A DNA stretch of 63,436 bases, filler included, from Octopus bimaculoides (Eukaryota): the NCBI RefSeq assembly GCF_001194135.2. It is 6 parts of 5 records of this genome, joined end to end, with 100 filler letters (N's around TTAATTAATTAA, not from the genome) between each part and the next. Parts side by side here need not be neighbours in the genome. Positions count along the whole stretch, not along the records: positions 1 to 20,192 come from NC_068982.1; 5 more parts are not named here. One strand, written 5' to 3'. The position numbers and the translations under genes are program-made. Within the stretch, counting starts at the first letter, position 1, and each line of letters starts with the position of its first letter. The notes under the pieces are model-generated. The model saw only the letters and a list, made by a program, of their open reading frames with translations, was not told the origin of the DNA and did not search any database. This document shows, piece by piece, positions 1 through 13,200 of this stretch.

Positions 1-245
1 ATTTGTATCTAAAGCGTCCCCTTTACCTTTGTAGCAGTTGACTATGATGCTGCTACACCAGTCATAGGGTATGACTCCTTCGTGTATCACCTGGTTCGTA
101 ATACGGGTGACTAGGCTATAGCCAACACTGCCAGATATTTTGAGCATCTCTGCAGTGATTCCTGATGGGCCGGGGACTTTCCCGGTCTTCATACTCTTAA
201 TTGCTTTATCTCTTAATTGCTTTATCTTTCTTAATTGCTTTATCT
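1..245 (-). mobile_element. RTE-clade LINE ORF2 fragment (start of RT domain)
   Basis: Minus frame reads DKAIKSMKTGKVPGPSGITAEMLK...EGVIPYDWCSSIIVNCYKGKGDALD, typical of the region just before non-LTR RT motifs. It continues out of the window. Confidence 0.85.
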
Positions 246-257
246 TGGTTGAGCCAA

Positions 258-463
258 TGCTGCCTGACTGGCCCTCATGCCAGTGGCACGTAAAAAGCAC
301 CCACTACACTCTCGGAGTGGTTAGGATTAGGAAAGACATCCAGGTGTAGAAACCTTGCCAGATCAGATTGGAGTCTGGTGCAGCCTCCTGGCTGGCCAGT
401 CCTCAGTCAAACCATCCAACCCATGTTAGCAGGGAAAGTGGACATTAAACAATGATAATGATG
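258..463 (+). mobile_element. RTE LINE 3' end fragment with (GAT)n-like tail
   Basis: GTGGCACGTAAAAAGCACCCACTACACTCTCGGAGTGG...GCATCCAG family motif, repeated throughout the window. Confidence 0.75.
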
Positions 464-1146
464 AAACAAGTTATTTACAAATAGCTTATCACTGATAACA
501 GAGTTAATGAAAAAGAAAACACAACAAAGAGAGCTCTATGTCAGAAAGGCATACATTTAGTGAAAAGAGCCATGTTACTAGCAGAGCTACTGCTCTATTT
601 CACTATATGAACTGCTGCACTCTACCATCTAACGGTCGTTCACTCAATAGTGATGGTGCCATGATGAAATGAACTCAGTGAACAAATAGAGATGATGTGA
701 TGTTGAGAGTACCCTTTCAACTGTCTGTGGACTAAAACTCTAATGCTGGTGCCATATTAAGATGCACCTAGCACACTCTGAAGAGATTGTGCAATGGGAA
801 GGGCATTCAGCCATAGAAACCATGTGAAAATTGAACATTCCAGTAAGATGATGACTCTCCCACCCCTCCCAGCTCAGTAGTAACTCCAAATAAGAATTGA
901 CAAAAATCATAATCAATCCAAACCACGCCAGCATGGAAAGCAGAATAAAAACGAAATAATGATTATTATTGAACTTATTTCATAAACAATTCAATAATAT
1001 AAACTACATTTTTCTCTGTCCTAAAAACAATTTTAAACATTTGTTACATTGTTATATATAAATTGTTACATATGTTGTACAATTAAGATTACATGTAGAA
1101 ACAGTAAGAAGTTTTTGTGAAGCCAACATCTATCAATAAACTTTAC

Positions 1147-1276
1147 CTGTAAGTCTTTCATTGGATTCCAATCATGTTCCACAAAGACAACAGTATCAGC
1201 TCCTGTGAGATTAAGGCCAAGCCCACCTACATGTGTTGTTAACAAGAGTATATCTATTGAAGGATCATTGTTGAAC
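1147..1276 (-). CDS. BTAF1: BTAF1 exon (last visible), [43 protein letters not shown]
   Basis: 130 nt, motif V. The motif VI exon (AMDRAHRIGQ) was not found in 1-1146, so it lies outside the window. Confidence 0.96.
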
Positions 1277-4200
1277 CTAGAAATAAAAAGAAGAAATTAC
1301 TCCCTGACAAAATAAATCGAGAAAAATAGAAGCAATCATCACTCTGTACTCTTAGTAATATCTAGAATCAATAAAATAAATAAGATATTTACTATTTTAC
1401 TTGATTCAGTCATTTGACTGTGGCCATGCTGGAGCACCGCCGTTAGTCGAGCAAATCGACTCCAGGACTTATTCTTTGTAAGCCTAGTACTTATTCTATC
1501 GGTCGCTTTTGCCGAACCGCTTAGTTACGGGGACGTAAACACACCACCATCGGTTGTCAAGCGATGTTGGGGGGACAAACACAGACACAAACATACGCAC
1601 ACATACACACACACATATATACGACAGGCTTCTTTCAGTTTCTGTCTACCAAATCCACTCACAAGGCTTTGGTCGGCCCGAGGCTATAGTAGAGGACACT
1701 TGCCCAAGATGCCACACAGTGGGAATGAACCCGGAACCATGTGGTTGGTAAGCAAGCTACTTAATACACAGCCACTCCTGCGCCTGAAGAAAATCCAAAT
1801 AAAAGCTAAATCCAAACCAAGAATGTCCAAACAACAAATATATTTTAATATAAACCATTTTAATTTTAGCAGGAATTGATTTCACAAGCTGGTTAAGCTC
1901 AACTCTCCTTATAGTTTGTATTTCTGTCAGTTAATTAGCTCATACATCAGACATTAATTATATTTCAATAATTCTTTGGATTACAACTTAAGATAATTCC
2001 TCCTTTGACTCTTCTCATCAATTTTAATTATATATTCCTTATTTTTAACAATTCAAATACTTTCATGTCTACTGAGATATTAAAATATATGACTTCCTGA
2101 ATTCTAAAACTTTATGGTTCCACCTCACTAATGGCCTCTAACCTGTAGTTCCCAACTAGTCTAACAAGATGGAAAACCTGATTTTACAATTTCCTCCTTT
2201 GGATGCCATACCTTTCTACTATCAAACTGATTACCTGTAAAGGTACCAAAATGACAAATTAAAATCATATTAAAGGATTGCATTTCTTGCTTACACGTAA
2301 AAAAAAAAAAAAAAAAAGGGAAAAGCAGCCTTTTGAAAACCTGTGTATAAATTTCTAACAGTTTTTGTAAATAGGAATAAGTATAAAAGGATCACGTTTT
2401 CTTATTCCTATTTAATAACATCAAGTGAAAATAACACTTTTTCAACAAACTTAGAAATATTTCCATATATGATAAAATTAGGAATTATTTTTAAAAAAAA
2501 ACTGATTTCAGCTTCATACACCATGATTATTATAAATTATACAAAAAACAATTACTTACCTATTCACTATGCTGTGTCGAGAACCAGCTGGAATGCTACC
2601 ATCTAACCGTAGATAAGTCACATTTGGCATATGAGCTCTTAAAAAAAAAAAAAAAGTGTTTAACAACAGTTCAGTTATGTCACTAAGTGTACCACATTTT
2701 ATAAAATAACACTGTGTAACAAAATTTTAATTTTCTTTTTATTTTGGGTCGGTGTTATTTCCTAGTTGCTTCTCTCTAGAAATCAAAAGAAAAGACTACT
2801 CTTCCATTCAAACTTTGCTTTTGTGACTTGGACATCAATATTTTGAAACTGACCTATTTTCCATTACATTTCAGACAGATTCAACACTGAGTTGCTGAAG
2901 CAGAAATACTGTTGTAGCAAATATTCTGCTCAATATCACAGATTTGCTTGTCAGTTGCTTGACCATAACCACTTAGCCATGTCCCTTGGTGGCTGACAAA
3001 AAGTGCATCTCTGATCATGAGCAGGAGTAGTTGGGAAGCATTACGGCTATGTGTTGAGAGGGATTTGGGAGTTTGAATAAATGTTGCAAAAGCAAAGTTT
3101 GAAAGAAATATTAGCCATTTTTCATACTTTCAAGGAGTAAACAAATAGGAAATGACAGTTACTACCCAAGGATAAAAATCGTGTTACACAGTGTAATGAT
3201 TTCTTTAATAGTTTAGTTAAATTAGAAAACAGAGAGAATAACTGGCTAAAAGAATATTGATATTAAAATTAAATAAAAATGATTCATAATACAAAAGATT
3301 GTGAAGATGAGATAAAAATCAATATTAGTTATAAATATCTTTACAGAATTCAAACACATTTAAAGAAATTCTAAAGGCAAAGAAACTCAAACAAGCAAAT
3401 GCACTTTGTACGAAAAAAATGTATATACAATGTTGAATGCTAAGAGAACATACTACTTCAAGGTTATTATAGGAGCTGAAACTTTTAAATGGCATAAATA
3501 GATACCAAAAAAATAGATTCTAACAAAACACTTCATTTAACTTCCAATAAACAGAACAACCACAATTGAACCGGTTGATAATTTTTTGGAAAAAGACCTT
3601 AAATATAACCACATACTGCAAGCAACAAACAAACTCATCATCATCATTGTTTAACGTCCGCTTTCCATGCTAGCATGGGTTGGACGATTTGACTGAGGAT
3701 TGGTGAACCAGATGGCTGCACCAGGCACCAATCTGATCTGGCAGTGTTTCTACAGCTGGATGCCCTTCCTAACGCCAACTACTCGGAGTGTAGTGGGTGC
3801 TTTTACGTGCCACTGGCACAAGGGCCAGTCAGGCGGTACTGGCAACGGCCACGTTCAAAATGGTGTTTTTTACGTGCCACCTGTACAGGAGCCAGTCCAG
3901 CAGCACTGGCAATGACCTCATTCGAATGTCTTTTCACATGCCAGTAAGGCGACGTTGATAACAATCATGCTTGGGTTAAGAACTGATTGAAAACTAGAAA
4001 TATATGTAAATAGTGCAGAATATTTACAACTGGATGCCATTCTAAATACTAACTATAGAATACGAAAAAAGAGAATTTGGAACTAATATAATTAATAATT
4101 GAAGATATATATAGTAAAATTAAATTTTTACATCATCCAACAGATTTACAAAGGAAAATATATATTGAAAGTTCAATGATATACTTACTTTAAAAGATCA

Positions 4201-7200
4201 TTCTCAACAATATTTAACATACTTTTTAACTGACAAAACAGTAGTACCCGATGCTGGTTGACAACAGGTGCTGTTGAAGATAAATTCCCACCACTAGTCA
4301 CTCCAATACCACAGTCATAAAGAAGTTGTCTACAAAATAAAACAAGTGGAATGTTTACAAGTTTAACAACTTTACAAATTACAAGTAAATTGCAATATCT
4401 ATGCATTGAATGGTGCCGTTTTCACTCATAAAATAATCATAGTTTTTATATTTTGGTTGTTTGCTTGTTTATCTTAATACTGTTTTCATGTTCAAGAATA
4501 AATAGACAGTTTTTAAAATGCATAATCCAATTAGCAGTAATATCTAAAACAACTGTTTCAAATTTTGGCCTATTCAATTTTGGTGATTACATCAAATCTA
4601 GTACTTAACTGGTTCTTTATTTTATTGAATGGAAAAGGATGAAAGGAAATGTTAACCTTGACAATACTTGAACCATGAATGTAAAGGCCAGAAGAAATGC
4701 TGCGAAGCATTTTTTCTTATATGCTAACAACTCTGCTAATTTTATAAGGCGGCCAAATGGCAGTATTGTTAGCATGCTGGGTAAAATGCTTAGTGGCATT
4801 TCGTCTGTCTTCATATTCTGAGTTCAAATTCCAACGAGATCGATGTAGCCTCTCATCTTTCCAGATTTGATAAAATAAGTACCAGTTGAACACTGGGGTC
4901 AATGTAATCAACTTACCCCTCCTTCAAAATTGCTGCCTTTGCACCAAAATTGGAAACCAAAATTTTGAGTATTTTAAAATTTATATTCTTTTAAAACTGA
5001 CAACTGTTGAAAGTAAAACACTAAAGGAAAAATTGTGATGACATACTTCAAAGCTGTCAATTTTGGTGCATGTTGAATATCCTGTAAAGATGATTGTTGT
5101 GCTGAAAGCTGTTCTATAATCTCATTATATTTGGGATGCTGTGAAGATAAAACTAATGCAGGATGGTTGCATACTTTTCGCAAATACTGTAAAGCCTGAA
5201 ATAAAAAGCAAAAGAAACTCATGTATAAGTATGCGTGTGTCAGCAAATTATCATATTACATAGCACATTGAGTATATATATATATATATATAAATTAATC
5301 TATTCTGTTTAATAAAGCATCTGTATGCTCATCCTAAAATGATTTCTGATAAGAGACAATTAGGACAAAATCATGACTTCTCAGAGTTGTAGCCCAAAAC
5401 TGTTTTAGCGCAAGTGTGCAAATGTTTTCTTTTACAGGACTTAATATTACCAATTATGAATATTAACCCTTTAGCATTTAAACCAGTCATATCCAGCCAA
5501 AGTATTCGGCCTATTTTATGTTCAAACTGGTCAGATCCAGCCACTACCCTACAATGTCATTCTAAAAATAAACAATCACATCTTTGAAATATCAAAGCTA
5601 TAAGATAATACAGGATTAATTCTATAAAATGTGAATATATAAGTATTATATTTGACAAAGTAATCTGAATGCTAAAGGGTTAAGGTAAAAAAAAAAATGT
5701 GTAAATCAAAGGAAATGAATCATTAAAGCATTCGGCCTGCTCTGTGGAGTGGTTGGGGTTAGGAAGGGCATCCAGTCGTAAAACCATGCCAAAACAGACA
5801 CAGAAACATGACGCAGACTCCAGTTTGGCCAGCTGTTGTCAAACTGTCCAAGCCATGCCAGTATGGAAGGAGGACGTTAAATGATGATGATGATGATGAT
5901 TACATTGATTACAACCTGTGTCACGCAAACTGGCACCTGGCACATAAAAGCACTCCGGTGTCATGCCAGTGGCATGTAAAAGCACCCATTACACTCTCGG
6001 AGTGGTTAGCATTAAGAAGGACATCCAGCCATAAAAAACCATGCCAAATCAGACTGGAGTCTGGTGCAGCCTTCCAGCATGGCAGCCCAGTCAAACAGTC
6101 CAACTCATGCCAGCATGGACAACAGACGTTAAATGATGATGATGATGATGACGACCACACTTTATATAAATCTACAGCTCTCCATTGATATGAAATTAAA
6201 TAATATGGAAACAAAGCTGAATAAACAAAAAGTATCTTTACCTGGAAGATGTGAGTTGTACCTTGGTTAGATTTCTGTGATTGTGTTGAAGTATTATTTG
6301 AAGTTAATTTTGTATTATTTGTTGATTCTTCGTCCAAAGAATACACGCTTTTTTCAACATTCTTTTTGGCATGGGAACGTGTAAAGTCTTCATACAGTTT
6401 TACCTGCATTCAAAGAATTTCAGAGAAATTAGAATTAAAAAAACTGAATATTTCACTAACAGAATGGAATAAAAACGAGTTTAAAAAGCATTAAAAATTA
6501 TCTTAACCTGTAATGGGCTTAAATCACAATAATAGTCCTGCATAATTTTGGGAGGTAAGTCTTGTAACACATCATCCTTTAATCTGCGTAATATAAATGG
6601 TAATACCTGCCGGTGAAGAGATTCCATTGCTAAAGCTCCTGTAAAAGGCAAGAGACAAAAAAACACAGTTATACAATTTCTTTATCTACAAATGAAATAT
6701 TTTGTAACAGCAACAAAAAGCTAACAGAAATATATTGGGTTGGCAACTAAGTTCCCGCCGTTTTTTTAAATTTTGGAATTTATTGCGTTTTTAAATTTTG
6801 GAATCTATTTTTTTCAAGAATTCTATTTTTGAATCATTTTGGAATCTATTGTTTTTTTTTCTAGTTAATTTTAATTAATTTTTGTTTATTTTCAGATCAT
6901 TAAAATGGAATATCGAGTTTACAATTTAATATCAAAACAAAATATACTGAATTTACAATTCATAGTATAACTATGACATCAAAAATAAAGAAATAAAATT
7001 ATTCACCTTTCCAAAACAGGTATAGGGAGTAATGTCAGGAAAAAAAAAGATGGTCAGAAAATATACATATATATACCTGCTTCTTGTTCCTTAGATGTGC
7101 TCTTTGCATCTCTACTTTGTAAAATTGGTTTTCCATAACGTGCTTGAAATTGTTTTTCTGTACCCAAAAAGCCAGGCATGAGAAAATCAAAAAGAGACCA

Positions 7201-10200
7201 CAAGTCAAGCACATTATTTTGAATTGGTGTTCCTGACAGAATAAGCCGGTGGTTGCAACATAGCTGTTTCACTGCTTTGGACAGCTGAAGATAAGAGAAA
7301 TTGATGCACTTCAATATTTTACTGATACTTGTACAAATTATTTGATGAATAATCATAGGTGTGACTGTGTGGTAAGAAGCTTGTTTCCCAACCACATGGT
7401 CCCAGGTTCAGTCCCATTGCATGGCAGCTCGGGCAAGTGTCTTCTATTATAGCCTAAGGCTGACCAAAGCCTTGTGAGTAGATTTGGGTAGATAGAAACT
7501 GAAAGAAGCCTATCATATGTGTGTGTGTGTATATATATCATCATCATCATCATCATCATCGTTTAACGTCCGCTTTCCATGCTAGCATGGGTTGGACGAT
7601 TTGACTGAGGACTGGTGAAACCGGATGGCAACACCAGGCTCCAGTCTGATTTGGCAGAGTTTCTACAGCTGGATGCCCTTCCTAACGCCAACCACTCAGA
7701 GAGTGTAGTGGGTGCTTTTACGTGTCACCCGCACGAAAACGGCCACGCTCGAAATGGTGTCTTTTATGTGCCACCCGCACAAGCCAGTCCAGGGGCACTG
7801 GCAACGATCTCGCTCGAAAATCCTACAGGAGCCAGTCAGGCGGTACTGGCAACGGCCACGCTCAAAATGGTGCATCTCATGTGCCACCCGCACAAGAACC
7901 ATATATATATATATATATATAAATAATGTCTATGTGTGTGTGTCTTCGTGTCTGTGTTTGTCCCCCACTACCACTAGACAACCAGTATTGGTGTGTTTAC
8001 ATCCCCATAACTTAGCAATTCAGCAAAAGAGACCAATAAAATAATTACCATGCTTAACAAAAAATAAGTACTGGGAACAATTCATTCAACTAAAAATTCC
8101 TTGACTTGGTGCCCAAGCATGGCCACAGTCAAGTAACTGAAACAAGTAAAAGGTAAAAGATAAATCGAGAGCAAGGTGTGTATGTATTTATTTCCCTAAG
8201 AGTAAAGGGTAGTTTGTATGATGCTTGTGTTAGAACTGCAATGCTGCATGGTAGTGAGACATGGACCTTGAATGGAGAGGACTTGAGAAGACTGGAAAGA
8301 AATGAAGAGAGCATGCTTTGTTGGGTATTCAATCTGAGTGCATGTGAAAGAATTAGCACAGAAGTGCTTAGTAAAAAGCTGGGTTTAAGAGGAATCAGAT
8401 GTTTTCAAAAAAGAAGTCTGAGCTGATATGGTCATGTGATGTGTACAAATGAGGACAGCAGTATAAAGAAGTGTTTGTTTAATGTGGCTGGAATTTTCTG
8501 AAGAGGAAGACCCAGGAAGACGTGGGATGAAGTGGTGAAAGTTGACCTCAGGACCTTTGAGCCTGACAGATGAGATGAAAAAAAGACCAGGATCTCTGAC
8601 AATAGGGGGTTCTCAAAAAAGACTCACGCACCTCAGCAAGACTGAGTCCTGAAAGTGCTATATTTTGTGTCCTCCGACCATAACAGTGACTCCTTCTCCT
8701 CATGCACTACATCTACCTCTTCCCCTCACCCTCTCTCGTCCTTTACTACTCCTGCTACTGCCTCCCTCTATCATCTCCAGCTCATAGCTTGTCTCATTCT
8801 CCTTTCAACTATCCATTTTGGCAGTCTTTCTCATTCACTTTCCTATACAATCTTACAAATCACCCACCTACCCACTTCTACCCAGCTTGTGCATTGTGGG
8901 GCAACTTGGGCACCTAACCACCATTACCTGTCTTGCAGCTCCTGCTGATCATTTCCTCTTCTCCCCTTTTTTTATTTTCATACAAGGTGTATCCAGCTAT
9001 GGCAAACTTCCCACTATTCCAACATATTCTCAAGTAACCGACACAAACATAGAAAAGTAGGCATTATTATTATTATTATGGCAGTGGCGGTGAAGTGCCA
9101 ATTATTTAATGGATAATGCTCTTTCAACAAAAAATTAATTTGTGCTTAATCATTATTCTGTAAAAAAAATCTGACGAAGAACTGTACCCTGCAGCAGGAG
9201 TGTTAAGACTGGTCCCTTTGATGGTGTGAAGCACTCATGGCAGTGCCAATTAAAAGCACCTGTCCAGTGCAACATAAAACCACCCATGCAGTGCCACATA
9301 AAAGCACCCAGCACACTCTGTAAAGTGGTTAGTGTTAGGAAGGGCATCCAGCTGTAGAAACCATGCCAAATCAGATTGGAGTTTGGTGCAGCTCCCCAGA
9401 TTGCCAGTGCTGGTCAAGCCATCCAACTCAAGCCAGCATGGACAACAGACATTAGATGATGATGATGATGATGATGAATTAAAATACCAAGTAAAGATTA
9501 GCTAAAAAATAGTTCTATTATAATTCCATTAGAAAAAAATTTATCTTACCTTGGTTTTACCATTCTTGATCATGTGACCTTCATCAAGAATGCAGTAATT
9601 CCAATGAATTGACCTGGAAAATCATAGGTGATACTTTTTTTTAAATAATTCAAATTACATTTCCTATTTCACAAGAATATTTTGTTAAATAAAAATTACA
9701 AGTTAAATAAGATGAAAAAAAAACTCGTTCAATAATTAATGAAGAACAATTTCTTTTAAATCATTAACTATGCTAATGAGCTTTTCTGAGATTGCTGATT
9801 TCAAGTTTGTTCAATATGGTTCTAAATTTGTATACCAGTCAAGGTTCACTAATTCTTTCATGCAGTGAGGTAGGTAGTAGTAGTACACCAGAGCAAATTG
9901 TACTGAGAGAAATCAAACCTAAATTACATCAAAAATTACTTGAGAGAATAAACAAAAATGTAATTTGGGTCCATTCTGAAACACTTGAGCAGCATTGAAA
10001 AATGAACGTAAGGATCTTTCAAAATTTCCACAACCAGGAAAGCCTGGTATTGATTACAAATGATTGTTCAACTCACAAAATAAAGTAAAAAGAATAAAGA
10101 AAAAGTTAATAAAAGCTATTAGTAAAAAGATGATAAGAACACTATATATATATGCATATATCTGATGTAAAATATCCACATTGTTATGCATTATATTTTT

Positions 10201-13200
10201 ATGTTATTCACATTATATAATAGGTTGAACCTCAAGAGGTGGTGCCTCAAAAAAACCACAACCTAATGACAAACCAGTAAAAGATTTAAAACAAAAGAAT
10301 ATTAACAGTTAGCATAGATATACATATACAGTGCTATGCCAACAGTGAAACAAATGCTATTGCATATTTTAATATTTATGCAAACATTTCAATACTTATC
10401 AGAAATGTACTAATGATAAATTCATTACACACTAGTGAAATTATACCACACCAGAGGCATAATTAGTATAATTGACCTCAGTATCTCACTGGTGCTTCTT
10501 TTATAAATCCTGGAGAAATCAGAGTTAAGTCAACCCTGACAGAATTTGAATGCAGATGTGGCTGTGTATTAAGAAATTTGCTTCCCAACCAAATGTTTCC
10601 AGGTTTAGTCCCACTGTATGGCACCTTAGGCAAGTGTCTTCCACTATAGCCTCAGGCTGACTAAAGCCTTGTGAGGGGATTTGGTAGACAAAAACTGAAA
10701 AAGAGCCCAACATGTGCATGTGTTATTATCACTTGCTTTGATTATGCATGATAGGTATAAACATGTGTTACTATTATGCAAGTGGTGTCCATTTTTAATC
10801 TGCCATGAAAAAAGGTCTTGTCATAGAGAAATATTACCATATGGTAATGGTGCCATGAATAAGCACCCTGTACACTATGCAAAGTGGCTTGCATTAGGAA
10901 AAGCATACAGCTATAAAAATAATACCAAAGCATACACTGGAGCACTATACAGTCTATGATGAATTGAATCACTTAAATTGTCCGACTTATGCCAGCATTT
11001 AAGACAGATGTTAAATATGATGATGATGGTGGTGATGATGAAAGGAAAATTATTTTTCTTACCCGAAAAAGTCTATATCATTCCTGACAATGTCATAAGA
11101 CACTACTACAAGGTTATGTCTTTTTACAAGTTTTTGTAATCTGAAAAAAAAAAATATATATATAATCCTGAAGTATTTAACACTAACAGTTTCCAGATAC
11201 TTAGCATTTTTTAAAGGATCAAAATTACTCGATATAACAAATTCATAACAGTTTTGATGTGCTAAATAAAATTAAACAGGCTTTCTTATATANNNNNNNN
11301 NNNNNNNNNNNNNNNNNNNNNNNNNNNNNNNNNNNNNNNNNNNNNNNNNNNNNNNNNNNNNNNNNNNNNNNNNNNNNNNNNNNNNNNNNNNNNNNNNNNN
11401 NNNNNNNNNNNNNNNNNNNNNNNNNNNNNNNNNNNNNNNNNNNNNNNNNNNNNNNNNNNNNNNNNNNNNNNNNNNNNNNNNNNNNNNNNNNNNNNNNNNN
11501 NNNNNNNNNNNNNNNNNNNNNNNNNNNNNNNNNNNNNNNNNNNNNNNNNNNNNNNNNNNNNNNNNNNNNNNNNNNNNNNNNNNNNNNNNNNNNNNNNNNN
11601 NNNNNNNNNNNNNNNNNNNNNNNNNNNNNNNNNNNNNNNNNNNNNNNNNNNNNNNNNNNNNNNNNNNNNNNNNNNNNNNNNNNNNNNNNNNNNNNNNNNN
11701 NNNNNNNNNNNNNNNNNNNNNNNNNNNNNNNNNNNNNNNNNNNNNNNNNNNNNNNNNNNNNNNNNNNNNNNNNNNNNNNNNNNNNNNNNNNNNNNNNNNN
11801 NNNNNNNNNNNNNNNNNNNNNNNNNNNNNNNNNNNNNNNNNNNNNNNNNNNNNNNNNNNNNNNNNNNNNNNCTAAGTAAAATTAAACAGGCCTTCTTTAT
11901 ATATATATATATATATATATACATACATATTGTTCATGAAACTTTCATTACCTTACTCTTTCACCAGGTGGTCCAGTGTAGTGAAGAGGATTCAAATATT
12001 TGGAAGTTATGAATTTCTCTATTTCATATATCCAATGACCTGTCAAAGTTGGAGGACAAACTACTATTGAAGGTAATTGGGCACAATCAGGGCTACCAGT
12101 TTTCTATGGAAAATAAAAACCAAACAATCATTTCAAAAAATAATGATGCATGTAAATGAGATACACAATACATGAAAATATATAATTTCATAGGGTCTCA
12201 CAAATTTACAGACAAAAGCCAATTGTTGTTCATTAAGTCCCCTTCCCCCTTAAAGTACATATTTGTGCATGAGCTTTAAACACAATCACCAGTTCACAAA
12301 AAAAAGCATGATTCCCAAACAACTCAAATATTCATATAGCTTGTATAAAAAAAAACATTCTACAACTTGATGCTCATAAAATATCAGTACAACACTGTTA
12401 TCTAATAGCTATGGTCAACATATGTAAAAAAAAATATTAAGTCTTGGTAGACCAATGTGTAAATCACAAATATGAAAAATAGTGTAAATGATAAATAGTA
12501 ACAGCACTAATACAATGTACACACATACCCACCTTAAATTCTTCAAGTCGTCTATTATGATCACAGGACAATATACATATAGATTGCAATGTTTTTCCAA
12601 GACCCATATCATCACACAGAATACCATGTAATTTATATTTGTTCAGAAACCCCAGCCAATTAACGCCATCCTAGAATTGTTAAATAAAAAGAAAACAATA
12701 TTGTAAATATAGTGATATGTTGATTAGTTGAGAGAAAATATATTATTATTATTATTATTATTATTATAAAGGTGGCAAACTGGTAGAATAATTAGCATGT
12801 CAGAGAAAATGCTTAGCAGCATTTCATCTGTATTTACATTCTGAGCTCAAATTCCTCCAAGGTTGACTTATCCTTTCAGGGTCAATGAACTAAGATCTGG
12901 GACTGATGTAATAAAAAAAACCCTCCCTTAAAATGTTAGGCCTTTGCCTATAGCAAGAAGGATAACAACAACAACAAGTAAAGCCTAGAAAAATTAGAAC
13001 TTATTGTAAATAATAAAACATATATTAAACATTTTAAACCTGAATGATAGGTAGTAATATATATTTGTAAACGCACTATTTACCTGTTGGTATTTACGAA
13101 GTTCAGCAGTAATTGGAACAGATACAACATAATTTTCAATCTTTGAGTTGTCTAATAACTGCTCTAAGAATTTGCGTTCTCGTTCTTTCTGTTGTACTAA

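Noticed and set aside
250-1140. Search for the BTAF1 motif VI exon (AMDRAHRIGQ)
   Set aside because: No such codons were found on the minus strand; the region is repeat-derived or intronic.
7604-7625. CTGAGGA...GAAAC in the RTE 3' UTR (antisense) resembling a hammerhead core
   Set aside because: Stems I and II cannot pair, and GAAAC is not conserved in other copies (for example 17045-17060).
9866-9890. let-7-like TGAGGTAG start
   Set aside because: Only the seed matches, and there is no complementary 3' arm for a pre-miRNA hairpin.
11260-11912. ~30-bp diverged duplication flanking the gap 11293-11871
   Set aside because: Likely the same assembly or allelic artefact; no independent support.
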